DNA of 61,346 nt, the filler included, from Sphacelaria rigidula (lineage: Eukaryota), in the NCBI GenBank assembly GCA_964200075.2. It is 8 parts of 8 records of this genome, joined end to end, with 100 filler letters (N's around TTAATTAATTAA, not from the genome) between each part and the next. Parts side by side here need not be neighbours in the genome. Positions count along the whole stretch, not along the records: positions 23,044 to 30,624 come from CAXNAA020014234.1; positions 30,725 to 38,305 come from CAXNAA020014235.1; 6 more parts are not named here. One strand, 5' to 3'. The first letter of the stretch is position 1. The number at the start of each line of letters is the position of its first letter. Below the pieces are notes generated by a model, which was given only the letters and a program-made list of their open reading frames with translations, ran no database searches and was not told the DNA's origin. The position numbers and the translations under genes are program-made. Shown here in pieces: positions 23,044 to 35,456 of this stretch.

Positions 23044-24677
23044 GTGCTCCGTCTCGAAAGGGATGCGTGGTCAATGGTCAAACGACAAAGGCAAGCAACA
23101 CATGAGAACACCCCCATGTAAGAAGCAATATGTCTGGTTTGGTTTTTTGCCCCATCCTGCGCTGCGTTGCAGCAGTGCCGCTTGGAGTGCCCCGAACGAC
23201 CAGTGTTGGTTCAGAACGACCACATCCATTTGCGACCAATAGGATGGCCTGACAGAAGACGCAGGGTCGTATTGTACAGAGCGTATTACCGGGGGATGAG
23301 CGCTGTCGCCCGCGTGTTGAGTGTTGACCGAAAAAGGACGGACCGACGGCATCCCGTCTACTCACTCGGCAACAAGCTCGCCTCCATCACGGAGGACGGA
23401 GTTTCCGTTATCGCCGTCGTTTCCATCACTCAACTACACACCATCGCTGCTACCCATGCCCAACCTCTCTCGGGTACGAGCCCACGATTTTGCTGTGGTG
23501 CAATGACGCCGGCTCGACATCGACACTCGAGCTGTGTCGGACTGTGTCACTCTACCCTCTCTACATCACCCGCATAGCAGTTGCAGCAGCGGCAGGTGTG
23601 TTGCGCAACTGCTACAGTACTTGAATGCGTTGATATTTCCTTCCGCTGACTCACATATTGTTTTTCTTCTTTTCTTTTGTTCCCCTGTCTGCCGTATTGT
23701 ACCACTTGATTTTGCTGCCATTTTTCTCCTCTTGCTTTTCACATTTTCCGTTCTGTTCTCTCTACTTCCCGCGGTAATTTCACTTTACAGCAATTTCCGC
23801 TATTTCAACTGCTACTTTCATACTGCAGGCGTATAGCTCGTCCATCCATGGTGTCATTTGGGCGAGTATTTTGTGAGCGCCGTTGCCTGATGCACGAAAG
23901 TACACCTCAGGTACATCTGTCTGGAGAAACCTACGATGGCAAACTTCAGGGACGAGCGCTGAGCGCAACGAAGGCCAACTCGAGGTTCCGGGTGAGATCC
24001 GGCATCGACAGCGGCTCCACTAATCGCGGCCAATGGAGGTTTTGCTAGACATCAGAGAAGGTGGTGGAACTATATGTCGGTAATGTTGTAGCGTAAGGTC
24101 AACAGGTGGGACGGAACTCTTAACCTTTGCGTGGCAGGCGTTTCTACGCTACCATCCCTGCTCAGAGTAAGGTTTCCCCCATGCACGTAGTTGGATCCGT
24201 ATTCGTATCCCCGCCTCTGACCTTCCGACGCATGGGTCCGTAACATACTTGTGAGAGTACACACGTGGACAGATAGCATTCTGTGGGGTGCACTGTGCAG
24301 GGTCCGTGCAGGGTTCTCCACAGTCCTTGTGAAAAACCATGACAGTGAAAACGCAAATCTGTACCTGTCATAGCTTTTTTTTCGAAACCCTGCAAGCAAC
24401 CCTGTGGAGAGGCCCTCCCGATTTTGAAAATTCCATTTTTTTTTTTTTTTTTATTTCAAAATATTTTGGTACAAAATCTTTAATTTTATATTTTTGAATG
24501 CTGGCATCAGATAAACGAATGTGACAGAGCACCGGACCACCGTCGATCTTCGTGTCTCAATCCTGGTACTTCGTACGTGAGACTGGAAATACTCGGTACA
24601 CCATCAAATTGGACTAGATTGCGGTACGAACAGGAAGTCCAACAGAAATGTCACGATTCATCGGGGGACCGACCACT

Positions 24678-24977
24678 AACAAGGTTTTCGTGAGATTGAG
24701 GTAAGAGCGTGGATTGCGAGCGGTTCTCATCATTCGCTTTAACTTGGCCAGTTTTTCCTTCCGTGTGTGCTTTTTCTTGCCTGTAACACTGACGGCTGCT
24801 TACAGCTACACGTCCATATCCTACTCAGGGATATCAGAGGTTTTAGTGGCAAGCTACTACAGCAAGGATATCGGGCCTCGTGGAGGGTCATTTCGGAGCT
24901 GGAATGATTCATTCATTGATTGATCGCTTCTCACTCTCAATCGTATCCTGTACTCTCAATCTCACGAAAACACTGTT
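24678..24977. mobile_element. MITE (~300 bp), copy 2
   Basis: TIRs aacaaggttttcgtgagattgag ... ctcaatctcacgaaaacactgtt; colinear with 4630-4928. Confidence 0.85.
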
Positions 24978-25220
24978 TACCACAGTACGCCCATTTTTGC
25001 TCTACTCGCAACCTCACGACCACCTCTGTATCAAGAGAATAAAGTACCCAATGTCAGTCGCTCCATGTTTAAAAGTGCCAATGGTCCACGTTAGCACACG
25101 CCTGTATACTCCGCGTCGAATCCGAGAGCCAAATTCAGAAGGGGTAGCATTATTCATCACCTATCGGACGTCCAACAGGAGGAAAACTAGACACTCTTGG
25201 CTCCGACTTCACGTTCCATT

Positions 25221-26730
25221 TCACCTCTGCCCCTTCAGCTTGTATATGATCAAACGCGCCAAACACCCGGACACCACTACCGACGAATCATATAGCCATC
25301 CCGTATCCACACCACTACTGCTACTACTAGAGCTACTACTAACACCTACGCTGCTCGAACCACTTGAACAGGTAACCTGTTCCCTACGATCACTTACCCA
25401 AGTGCCACAGTGCGCTGAAAAATGGGCTGCCGGCTCTACCTTTATTCCTGCCCCTGTCCTTGCCTCCGGAGATACCTGAGCATCAGCTCCCGAGGGTACC
25501 TGAGCCGAGGGCAACGGTAGCGTTGTACCACCCCGTCTGGTACGTTGACACACACAACGGCGAGTGCCAACAACGGCACATGAACCAGAAGCCGAGCACC
25601 CGGCACGTGTGCATCCTATTCCATGTACGTCAGCAACAAAGCTTCCGCCAACGTCCGTCGGGCGACGGCTGGTGGGGTCCACCATAATGTTGAGTTTCGC
25701 GGCGTTGTGCACTGTACCTGCGTTGTGTGTAATATTATGCTGTCGGCAACACTGTGCCTCATCAAGGTTGTGTCCCTTGGAGGCACATGGCTCGGAGTAT
25801 CCCTTCTTGCCGGAATTGACATGCTTTGTGCCAACAATTCCCGCCTCGACATGCTCGGAGAAGTACTTCGCCTCCTTGTTCCTCGTCTCACCATACCATG
25901 GGTGCTTGAGGCAGGCCTCGTGATAGCACCTTCTCTTCACATTCACCATTCCCGCCCTGGCGTGCTCGAAGCAGAACTCTCTCTTCTTGCTTCCCGCTAC
26001 ACCATACGACGGATACTTGAAGCAGCCTTCGTCGCTGTACTTCTTGTTCCCCACATGTGCCATCCCCTCCCTGGCGTGCGCGGAGCAGAGCACCGCCTTC
26101 TTGCTTCCTGCTACACTATACGACGGATGCTTGAGGCAACCCTCGTCGCCGCACCTCTTGCTCACCACATTTATCATTCCCGCCGCGGCGTGCTCGAAGC
26201 AGAACTCCGTCTTCTTGCTTCCTGCTACACCAAATGATGGACGCTTGAGGCAGCGCTTCTCGCCGCATCTCTTGCCCACCACATTTATCATTCCCGCCCT
26301 GGCGTGCTCGGAGCAGAGCACCGCCTCCTTCCTTCCTGCTTCACCATACGATGGATGCTTGGGGGCAACCCTCGTCGCCGCACCTATTGCTCTTCACATT
26401 CACCATTCCCACCCTGGCGTGCTCGGAGCAGAACACCGCCTTCTTGCTTCCTGCTACACCAAATGATGGACGCTTGAGGCAGCGCTCGTCGCCGCATCTC
26501 TTGCCCGCCACAGTTACCATTCCCGCTGCGGCGTGCGCGGAGCAGAACACCGCCTCCTTGCTTCCTGCTTTACCATACGATGGACGCTGGAGGCAACCCT
26601 CGTCGCCGCACCTCTTGCTCACCACATTCACCATTCCCGCCCTGGCGTGCTCGGAGCAGAACTCCGCTTCGTAGCCTATTCACTCGTGCGATAACCGGTT
26701 GAAGCAGCCCTCGTTGATGCAATTTCTCTG
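25221..26730 (-). pseudogene. EsV-1-7-domain repeat protein (IMM-like family), intronless, frameshifted
   Basis: About 7-8 tandem 120-nt (40-aa) units KRCGDEGCxKxPSYGVAGSKKAxFCSEHARAGMVNV. A +1 G at 26361-26365 (ttgggggcaacc vs ttgaggcaacc) splits ORFs 26341-26634 and 25221-26321; the first unit is degenerate with a stop. Confidence 0.85.
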
Positions 26731-28149
26731 TCACGTCGGCCGTCAGCTTCCTCTTCGGGTCCTCCTCCTTCGAGAACCGGAATCTGCCGGCATCACGATC
26801 ACCAAAACGCCGAAAAGCTGATCGTCAGCTACAGGTGGCAGCAAGTAAAGTTCATTTGTAGAAACGATGAAATTGCATTCGTTGCGCATAACTTAGAAGA
26901 GCACGAGACATCTGCATCTACGTAGACGATGCTCGATATGCACTGACCCATACAAACCTATTGTTGGACGAGGATGTCCTCTACATCACCGTAGTATGCA
27001 TACAACATACAACATACAACATACAGCATACAACACACAACATACCCACCCCTATGCATCGGGAGCAACAACAGGACTGATATAGTACGTGAGTAAAATT
27101 CCATTGCCAAATCGTGCTTGGCCGTGAAAAGGACACGTGGCAGAACGAGACATGCCGTATCATGTTGCACCATCCTGCCGACGCTTGGGGAGGTTGATTT
27201 CCACTTTCGAACTACCTGACAGCGTTGGTGGAAGTGTTTCCATGCGCACAGAACACTAGTACACGTTTGGAAAAACCATCCGGAACTCGCAAGTACCTGA
27301 CAAGATTTTCGAACTACGGATATGCAATGATTTCATTCTATTTGGTAGTCAGAAATAAAAAAGGGGTACCCTGCTTTCTCAACAGCGCTTCGCGTGATCA
27401 TCAAAAGCCAGTTATTTTGGTTCTCGTGTTCAACGTGATATATGCACATGCGAAGAGAAGAACAAGTATCTGACTGCTGCCGAGATAGCCCCCCCCCAAA
27501 CCGGCCATAACCGTGCACGGAGGCGATGATCATAAAGGCCGTTAGAGCTGGTTTCGTGCTGCACGACGCGACTCATTTGGGCGCTTTAGCTGATTTCGGA
27601 GTGCAACACGCCTCTCATGTGGGCGAAATCGCTGGAAACGAGCCCAATGGTGAAATCGCAGCCGGCTTGTCGGACGGTCTCCGGTGCACTTTTTGTGGGA
27701 GGACTACCTCGGCATTAGTCATTCGCTGAATCCCAACACACACGCGCGCATATGGCACGTCCAATAGAGTGTATTTGATTTTTCTGTCGTACGCATGCGC
27801 GTATTGGTTTCAATAAATAAAACCTGATACCTATCAGTTATCGTCGCAAACTCCAGTGCTTTGCCGTTTTGGTTGCCACTTGACCGCAAGTGGGTATTCA
27901 TTATTTGTGCAACCGGTCGTAATGAGGGATTCGGGTACTGCTCGTATCGTGTCTGCACGACGCGCATGATGTTTTACATGCTTCCTTCCGCCGGTTCGAA
28001 GTGTCCTGTCACGGATGTGCCCAAAGTTAAGGGGGACGCGAGATAGATGAGGGGCACAGAGATATTAAGTACAGTGCATTTCAATTTTTTTGGATCTGTA
28101 CACCATAGATGTATACGATAGGTGCCAATATCCTAGACAGCGCGAAAAC

Positions 28150-28965
28150 GATTATCGTCATTGTAGACATCGTTGCTACTAGACCTGTTCTGGAGAAAAC
28201 ATGTTCTGATCTCAAACATATCTGGAAAACATTTACACCCTGGACAACAGAGTATGTAAAATGTTGACGAATGGCCTTGAAAAGGTATACCTTCTCGTAT
28301 TTTGCCCAAGGTACAAAAAATGGCCAGAAACGCGTAAACAGCAAAACACGCAATCTAGACCGGTTACTACGACTTTTTCACGCACAGCAATCGGAGGGCT
28401 CCTCGGCACCCGCGCCTTGAAAAAAAAATGGAAAAAACGTTACTCGCGAGATATGGCCATGCGCAGAAGGAAGCCTCGCCTCCAGAAACCTTCCGCTCCC
28501 TAGGCCAAATTACGGCCAGGTATACCTGATCTAGGAATTATTTTTCAATCGTACCTCATCTAGGCCACCACTCTGCCCAGAAAGTACCTATCCTGGGCCA
28601 TCGCTTCACACGCTGTACCTGATGAGGCGCACTGCGCGGAAGGGAAAACTACGCGCCAATTCCAACAATGGCGCCCACACATTCGACTCTTTTCCCGCCC
28701 ATTTCTGTTCACGAACGCCACGACCGTTGACCCCTTTCTCCCCGGAAGTGGTTCCCCAGTCTCTCCGCATCGACACTAGAACTGGACTTGAAACTCACAG
28801 CGCGTCGGTCTTTTGCGTTTGCGGTGTGCTACGTATCGTCGTGCCGTTGCGATCTGGGGATGGTATCATGTTCTGTATCAACCCTTGCGGGACCCTTTTC
28901 CCCCACAATCGTATGTTTGTGGCAGGTGTCAATCCGTATTTTTCCAAGTCAAAATGATGCCAATC
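28150..28965 (+). mobile_element. Long (~800-bp) arm of a foldback/long-TIR element
   Basis: Colinear with the reverse complement of about 31050-31930 (e.g. ttactcgcgagatatggccatgcgcagaagg; atggcgcccacacatt..tcttttcccgccc). Confidence 0.75.
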
Positions 28966-29387
28966 ATTCGACAATTCTCCATGGCCATGCACGCGAACTT
29001 TCGCGGCTTCTTTTCGAGCTTTTCCCAATCTGCACGGGCTCCGGCATCCATCGCATCGGGATCTTTTTCAAACCATAAACCATTTTTGTAATATCGCATG
29101 GCCTTCGAGGTTAGCGGAATCGTGCAGTGCCGATGTCCCTGCAGGACCGCGATGTTGGCGATTGCCGTCTTCTTGATGGCCTTCGATACACGGGATGTTG
29201 CCGCAACCGGTTGACGCGGCAAGACGGCACAGTCATTGTCCCTCGACCCCTGAAAGATCCCGCAACTGCCCTCATCGTCTAGCCTTGTCGAACCACCATA
29301 CTCGCCACTAGCGGCCGGCCCACCAGCTTTACTCAGAAATGCATCCATTTTCAACTGTTTTTTATTGTCTTTGGTCGACGGAAACAA
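28929..29387 (-). pseudogene. ORF fragment, possible transposase N-terminus, truncated at the foldback arm
   Basis: 152-aa ORF with a PIP-box-like QLKMDAF and a low-complexity N-terminus, running into the repeat arm; no catalytic motif seen. Confidence 0.3.
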
Positions 29388-30430
29388 TCACCTTGCTCTT
29401 CCGCTTTGCGGTGGAGGGAGGGATGTTGGTGGATGGTCTGTAGGGGGACGGAGCGCCACAGATACATGTTTTCCCGTGGACAGCTAAGAGCCGCAGAGGG
29501 ATGATTTTCGGTGGGACGCTGGCAGCCATTAAGATTTTTGCAGCTGACAGTCACAAACTAGTACATACCCCGACAGCTGACGAGCTCGTACACAACAGAG
29601 GTATCTCAAACTCGAAGCTCCTCGTTTATATAACAGTAATTTACAGTGAGAAATACCGGACCTTCGAGTTCAAAAAATCTCCAACGTTCCTGGTTTGTAT
29701 GCTGGCCCTGGTTCAAGGCATTGTTTCAATAAAACAATGACGCCGATTCATCAGCCAATATGACTTGACAGCCCGAGGGTCAGGTAACCTATGAACCGGA
29801 TCACTTTCCCTCGAAGAATTACTTCGAAATATTCCGAAGGAACGACGCACCACTCTCGCCTACTTTTTTTGTCGAAATGATTCGAAATGGGTCCCGCATT
29901 AACATCCTACACGCCAACGAAAATATCGAAACATTTACTTGTTGAACTACACTTGAAGAGAGATTCGTTAGACCGGATGACTTTCAGGACGCGGCATAAC
30001 ACAGTACTCAAATATACATGATTCGGTGTAACACACACTCGACATCGATGCGCCCAACGCATATATAATGGGTGGGTAATATATTTTAACACACGCTATC
30101 CCGATATCTATGGTTGTACTGATACCCTGACCGGGCAAGATATTCGAACCCATACGACCCCAACATGTATCGACCGACCAATGTATTGGCACCCACGCGG
30201 TCGCAATATATATTGACCGGTCGATATGTTTTCATTGATTCTACTCTAATATATGTTGGTCGTGCAAAATGTCTTCGCCCACACTACCCCAATATATTGT
30301 GACGGGACGATATGTGTGCAATCCCACGGTACCGATATATATATATATATATATATATGAGGCGGGCAGTATGTTTGCAGTCCCACGACACCAAAATATT
30401 TTGGGCGGGCAATACATGTGCAGTCCAAGG

Positions 30431-30624
30431 GTGTGTGTGTGTGTGTGTGTGTTGTCATCCCATTTATTCTGGGCACCAGTATACACCTTTCGGGATATGT
30501 GGGTGCATCAGCCGGGGTCACACAGGAGGAACGTCAACACAGGAGCTTTTCCTTTTTTTATTTGTTTTTAGTACCCCACCTTCTTTCTGCGGTGCTTGCC
30601 TTTTTATTTTTATCGCGAGAGGGG
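30431..30624 (-). mobile_element. SINE 3' half (cut by scaffold end) with (CA)n tail
   Basis: tacacctttcgg.atatg.ggg.gcatcagccggggtcacacaggaggaa..ttatcgcgagagggg matches 21593-21725. Confidence 0.85.
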
Positions 30625-30724
30625 NNNNNNNNNNNNNNNNNNNNNNNNNNNNNNNNNNNNNNNNNNNNTTAATTAATTAANNNNNNNNNNNNNNNNNNNN
30701 NNNNNNNNNNNNNNNNNNNNNNNN
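30625..30724. other. Artificial scaffold linker
   Basis: 44 N + TTAATTAATTAA + 44 N. Confidence 0.97.
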
Positions 30725-31930
30725 CTTCCCACACTGTACCTGATGTGGCACACTGCGCGCAAGGGAATCGACACGTCAACTCCAACCATGGCGCCCACAC
30801 ATTTGGCTCTTTTCCCGCCCGTTTGCGGTTCACGAACGAACGCCACAACGACCACATGTCACTAACCCTGACGCCACAACGTCGCTGTCTAAGAGTTGAC
30901 CCTTCAGGGATCGGACTCCCCACAATAGTATGTTTGTGACACTTTCCCCCACTTTCCCCCCCCACAAATCGTGTGTCAGTGGCAGGTGTTCATTGCTGTT
31001 ATTTTCAAGTCGAAATTATGCCAAGTCACAAAGAGATGTGAATTGGCATCAATTCGACTTGAAAACAACACCATCAATGTACGACTGCCACTGACACACG
31101 ATTGTGGCGGGGAAGGGTCAGGGTTACAGTAATACAGAACATGACACCAGCCCCGGATGGCGACGGCACGATGTTGCATAATACTCCAGTAAACACTACG
31201 CAAGCGCAAAAGATCAACGCGTCATGATGAATTGTGAGTCCAATTCTCGTGTCGATGCGGAGAGACTCGGGAACCGTTCCTGGGGAGAAAGGGGTGTGGT
31301 AGTTTTGGTGTTCGTTCGTGAACGGCAAACGGGCGGGAAAAGAGCCAAATGTGTGGGCGCCATGGTTGGAGTTGACGTGTCGATTCCCTTGCGCGCAGTG
31401 TGCCACATCAGGTACAGTGTGGGAAGCGATGGCCCATCATAAATACTTTCGGGGCCGACTAATGGCCCAGATCAGGTACGATTGAAAAATAATTCCTACA
31501 TCATGTATACCTGGCCGAAATCTGGCCTAGAAAGAAGAAGTGGACTGTGGAGGCGATACGCCCTTCTGCGCATGGCCATATCTCGCGAGTAACATGTATT
31601 TTTCTGTACTGTTTTCGAGGCCCGGGTGCCGAGGAGCCAGCCCCCCGATTGCTGTGCGTGAAAAATTTGGAGCGAAATCGGTCCAGATTGTGATTTTGCT
31701 GTTTTCGCGTTTCTTGTTCTTTTTCGTACCTCTCTTAAGAAACATACGATGAGGTATATTTTTTCTAGGCCATTGACCATTTTTTTTCTTCTGAAACACA
31801 AAAGAGTACTTTGGCTCCTCCGGGTTTTCCATCCTCTTTGATCACGAGTCTCCACGCGAAACAGGACGAGCGTGATGTCGATGATGAGGCTTGTTGCACC
31901 GTATGTCAACATAACTCTTGCGATACAGTA
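30725..31930. mobile_element. Foldback element: imperfect palindrome centred at about 31035
   Basis: 30725-30840 is the near-exact reverse complement of about 31310-31426; 30960-31025 pairs with about 31050-31115. Confidence 0.8.
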
Positions 31931-34900
31931 GTTTTCAGCTGAAATTGCGTAATTTTCAGGGCTGCGAACTGACTGCTCTGGCCAGTTGAGCTTAACCTGG
32001 GCGCGCCAGCGGCGAGAAAACTTGCGTCATTTGGCTTGTTGTTTCGTAAAAAAATGTTGATAATTGTAGAAAATGTGACCTTTCACATTGAGGAGCAAAA
32101 AGTCTTAGATGACATTCAAATCTCACTCAAAGCGGTGAGCGATTCGAAGATCATTCATCTGTAATACGACGTGGGCCAGCCAAGAGTAGGTGTGAATCTC
32201 GCTCAGGCGACGCACGGCGCGATATTAGGAGTTGGACGCTAAAATTTCAACAGCAGCTTTTTATGATCGAAATGCAGAAGATCACGTGACCAGCACAGAA
32301 AAAAAATACAAAATAAAGTTATGGGCATTTGAAATTTCAGCAAAACAAGATCATGTCATAAGTCCAGGAAAAAAAGGAGAATCTGCAGTTGCTCGTGTGA
32401 AGTATCAGTCTCTTGGGTGCAGAAGGTCTACCTGAAATTTCAGCGCAAGAGTCGTCGAATTGGGCCGTGCATTCAACACTTTCCGTGACGCTGCTGCGCC
32501 CCTATAAATCAAGTGATGAGAGACTCCAATTATGGAGGGCATGAATTCGAATCCCGACAGATTATCTTTTTTTCGTCCGTCGTTCAGGTCACACATTGTT
32601 GTTGTTGTTGTTGTCTTCACATCAAAAGTCGTTCCGGTCAGACATTATGCAGTACATTTTCTTCATTTTTTTTTCATTCAGCGGCGGTGCCGTGTGTTAC
32701 CAGGTTGGTCTACACTTCGCAGTGACATGCTTACATCGGGTTCATTCGGGAACCTAGGGAAGCTGTGGTTTGAGCAAGTTTTAGCAGCTTTTACGCTGGC
32801 CCAGCTCGTATCCAGCAGCAGACTCTCCGTGGGGAGAGAAGAATGGAAACAAGCCAATGCTGGCAGCACGAGGGGATACGGTATGCTAAGAAAAATATAT
32901 GTTGACCTTCATTTTGGGGCGGGGGGGAGAGGTTTGGATGTTCTCGTAAAAATATGATCGTTACTATACTAAAATGCTGTAAACCAGGGAAACATAAAAA
33001 GAGAACAACCTGATTCACTTTTTTGTTCAATATACCCTAGCGAGGTCCCCCACAAAATTTCAATTCACAAATACGCAACGTGAGCCAGTGAGTGGCCTGC
33101 AAAATATTGTTCCGAATTTTACCGAACCGGTTTCTAGAGGGCCCTTTCGCAATTAATACTTAGAGTTGGAATCTAAAATTGGTGAGGACAATAATTAGGA
33201 AATAATGAAAAGAGTTGTGCGTGCAGCCAATCCTTTTTTTAATGAGTTCAAGGCAATATGATTAGTTTTCAGGCATCAGTAAAATACCGTTAAATCAAGA
33301 AGAAAAATATTTGGGTCCATGCTCGGTCCATGCTTTTTTTATCATGCCCTATTGCTTGTCCATACAAAATTTTAGGGTCCAACTTTGAATATTACAATAC
33401 TGGGCGCCTGACCAATTAATTTTGTAATTTCTTCGTAATTGGCGATTTTCCTGGGCTCTTCCACTTGCCACCGCTCGTTACATTGGGGAGAAAATACTTG
33501 TATCCGCTCCAAATTCGTAGAAAAAAAAATGTACTCAATATTGAGTGACTTACAGGCTGACCAGTCATCGGGGGTCCTGACACGTTTCAGCCCAGATTCC
33601 GACTCTTCGGTATTTTTCGGTCGATCGAGCCTGTCCCGATCGTGTTCGTGAAAAAATGTACAGGTTCGTTTCTTCAAAATTTCACCTACTCATTGCACTA
33701 GAGCCGAACAAGTGTGTGTTGACGTTCAATAGCATCCTCCTGATAAACGGGGTATCAACGCGTATCGCCCGATAACACCAACTAACACCAACTTGGGCAC
33801 TGGGAGGGGGGGAAGACGATCTGTTCATTTTACCAAAATCTACCGACGCTAGCACTTTCGAGTTCTATCGAAGAGTAATCGCGGGGGAAAACCCTTGTGA
33901 AAAAAAGCAGTTCAGGCGCCCAGTACTATACATTGCGAGCGGGCCTACAAACCCCAAATCCGCTTCTAGGCTGACCCAGCTCGTACCACGAGTACTGTCT
34001 GTACTTGTACTGCTGTCAGATACAGGCCCAAATTCTACTGTCATGATGTTCGTAATATTGTAAGCATCTTTGTGATAAAACCACCATACTAAAATTGGTA
34101 TAAACACAGCCGGTAACGGCAAACTTCAAATTAACTGGAAAAACTGGAGTCCTCATCACCGCCTCCAGTTTAATCGCCAATACAAACTGGTCCAGTTCAC
34201 AGCCTTAGGATTTTGATTTTTTTTTCGTAGTCGAGAACATTCGACAACGTTTTCGCGTACCACCGTTCAACCCAGTGGATGTCTCATCCAATAGCTTGGA
34301 GATCGGGAGATACTAGACATCCCCTCCCCGTTCCGAAATAATATAATATCTGCTCATAATTGATCGACCTACGGGCTGACCGGTTTTCGGTGGCCCTGCG
34401 ACTACCCAGCCCCAGATTTTGACTCTTCAGTACTTTTTTATTTTTATTTCCACCTGTTTATTGGCTTGAACCAAAAACTGTGTTTTGTTACCAGTGACGG
34501 TCGATAACACCCCCTGATGAACGACGTACTTACACATCGAAAACACCAATTGAGGGTTGCGTTCTGAGCATGATCTGCTTCTCTCCCCAATATCGATGCT
34601 AGGAGTTTCGAGTGCTAAGGACGACTACTGTGGTACAAGAGAAAATCCAGGAACGTACCCAAGAAATTGTTTTGTCCATCCGAGTTTTGCATAGCACAGG
34701 CGGGGGTAAACCAATCTCTATTACTCTTATAAATAATTTCACACTCATCATTTTAATTTCACCTGCTCATTGCGCTAGAGCCGAATAGAAATGAGTTTCG
34801 GACCGAAAACGCCCAATAACAACCTCTGTAAATTCCGCCGGAAGTCGTTCAATCTCGAGCGCAGATTCCAGTTTGTTTTGGAATGTGGAGTAGATGCTTA

Positions 34901-35456
34901 TTATCTCCCGATTCCCAAACATCGGAATCATGCGTTGACTGATATGAGCGGTGGCACGCGAGAAAAACTGTTGGAAGTCGCCGACTACGAAACAGTTACA
35001 AAAATTCCCGACGACTTCAGTTGAAAACTGCTATTTACCGATCAACAGGAATAGACAAGTGCTAGGATCTAGGACCGGCGAGGCTTGAAAGACCCAAAAA
35101 AACAATGGTATGGACACGACGCACAACCCATGCTGTAATCTTCGACACGAGCAATCACAAGCCGTTCTGTTTTCATGGTTGACAATGCCATTAGCTGATT
35201 TAGCCTTTTCTAAACTTCAAGTACTCATGTCTCCCTCATGACGATCCAGGCTGGGGTTCACAGGGGATCAGCTCATGCGAGAAAATCAGTCAACCAGTCA
35301 AATAATCAATCAATCGATCATCCCGCCAACACAAAACAAGATAATCGACAGGAGAAAGTGGTAATCAGCAGAGGAGCGGAAGTCACTTCACTGGAAAAAT
35401 ACGCGCCCCAATTTTTTTTCATTATTTGAAGCAAAAGGACATCGATCAGCCCTCAC

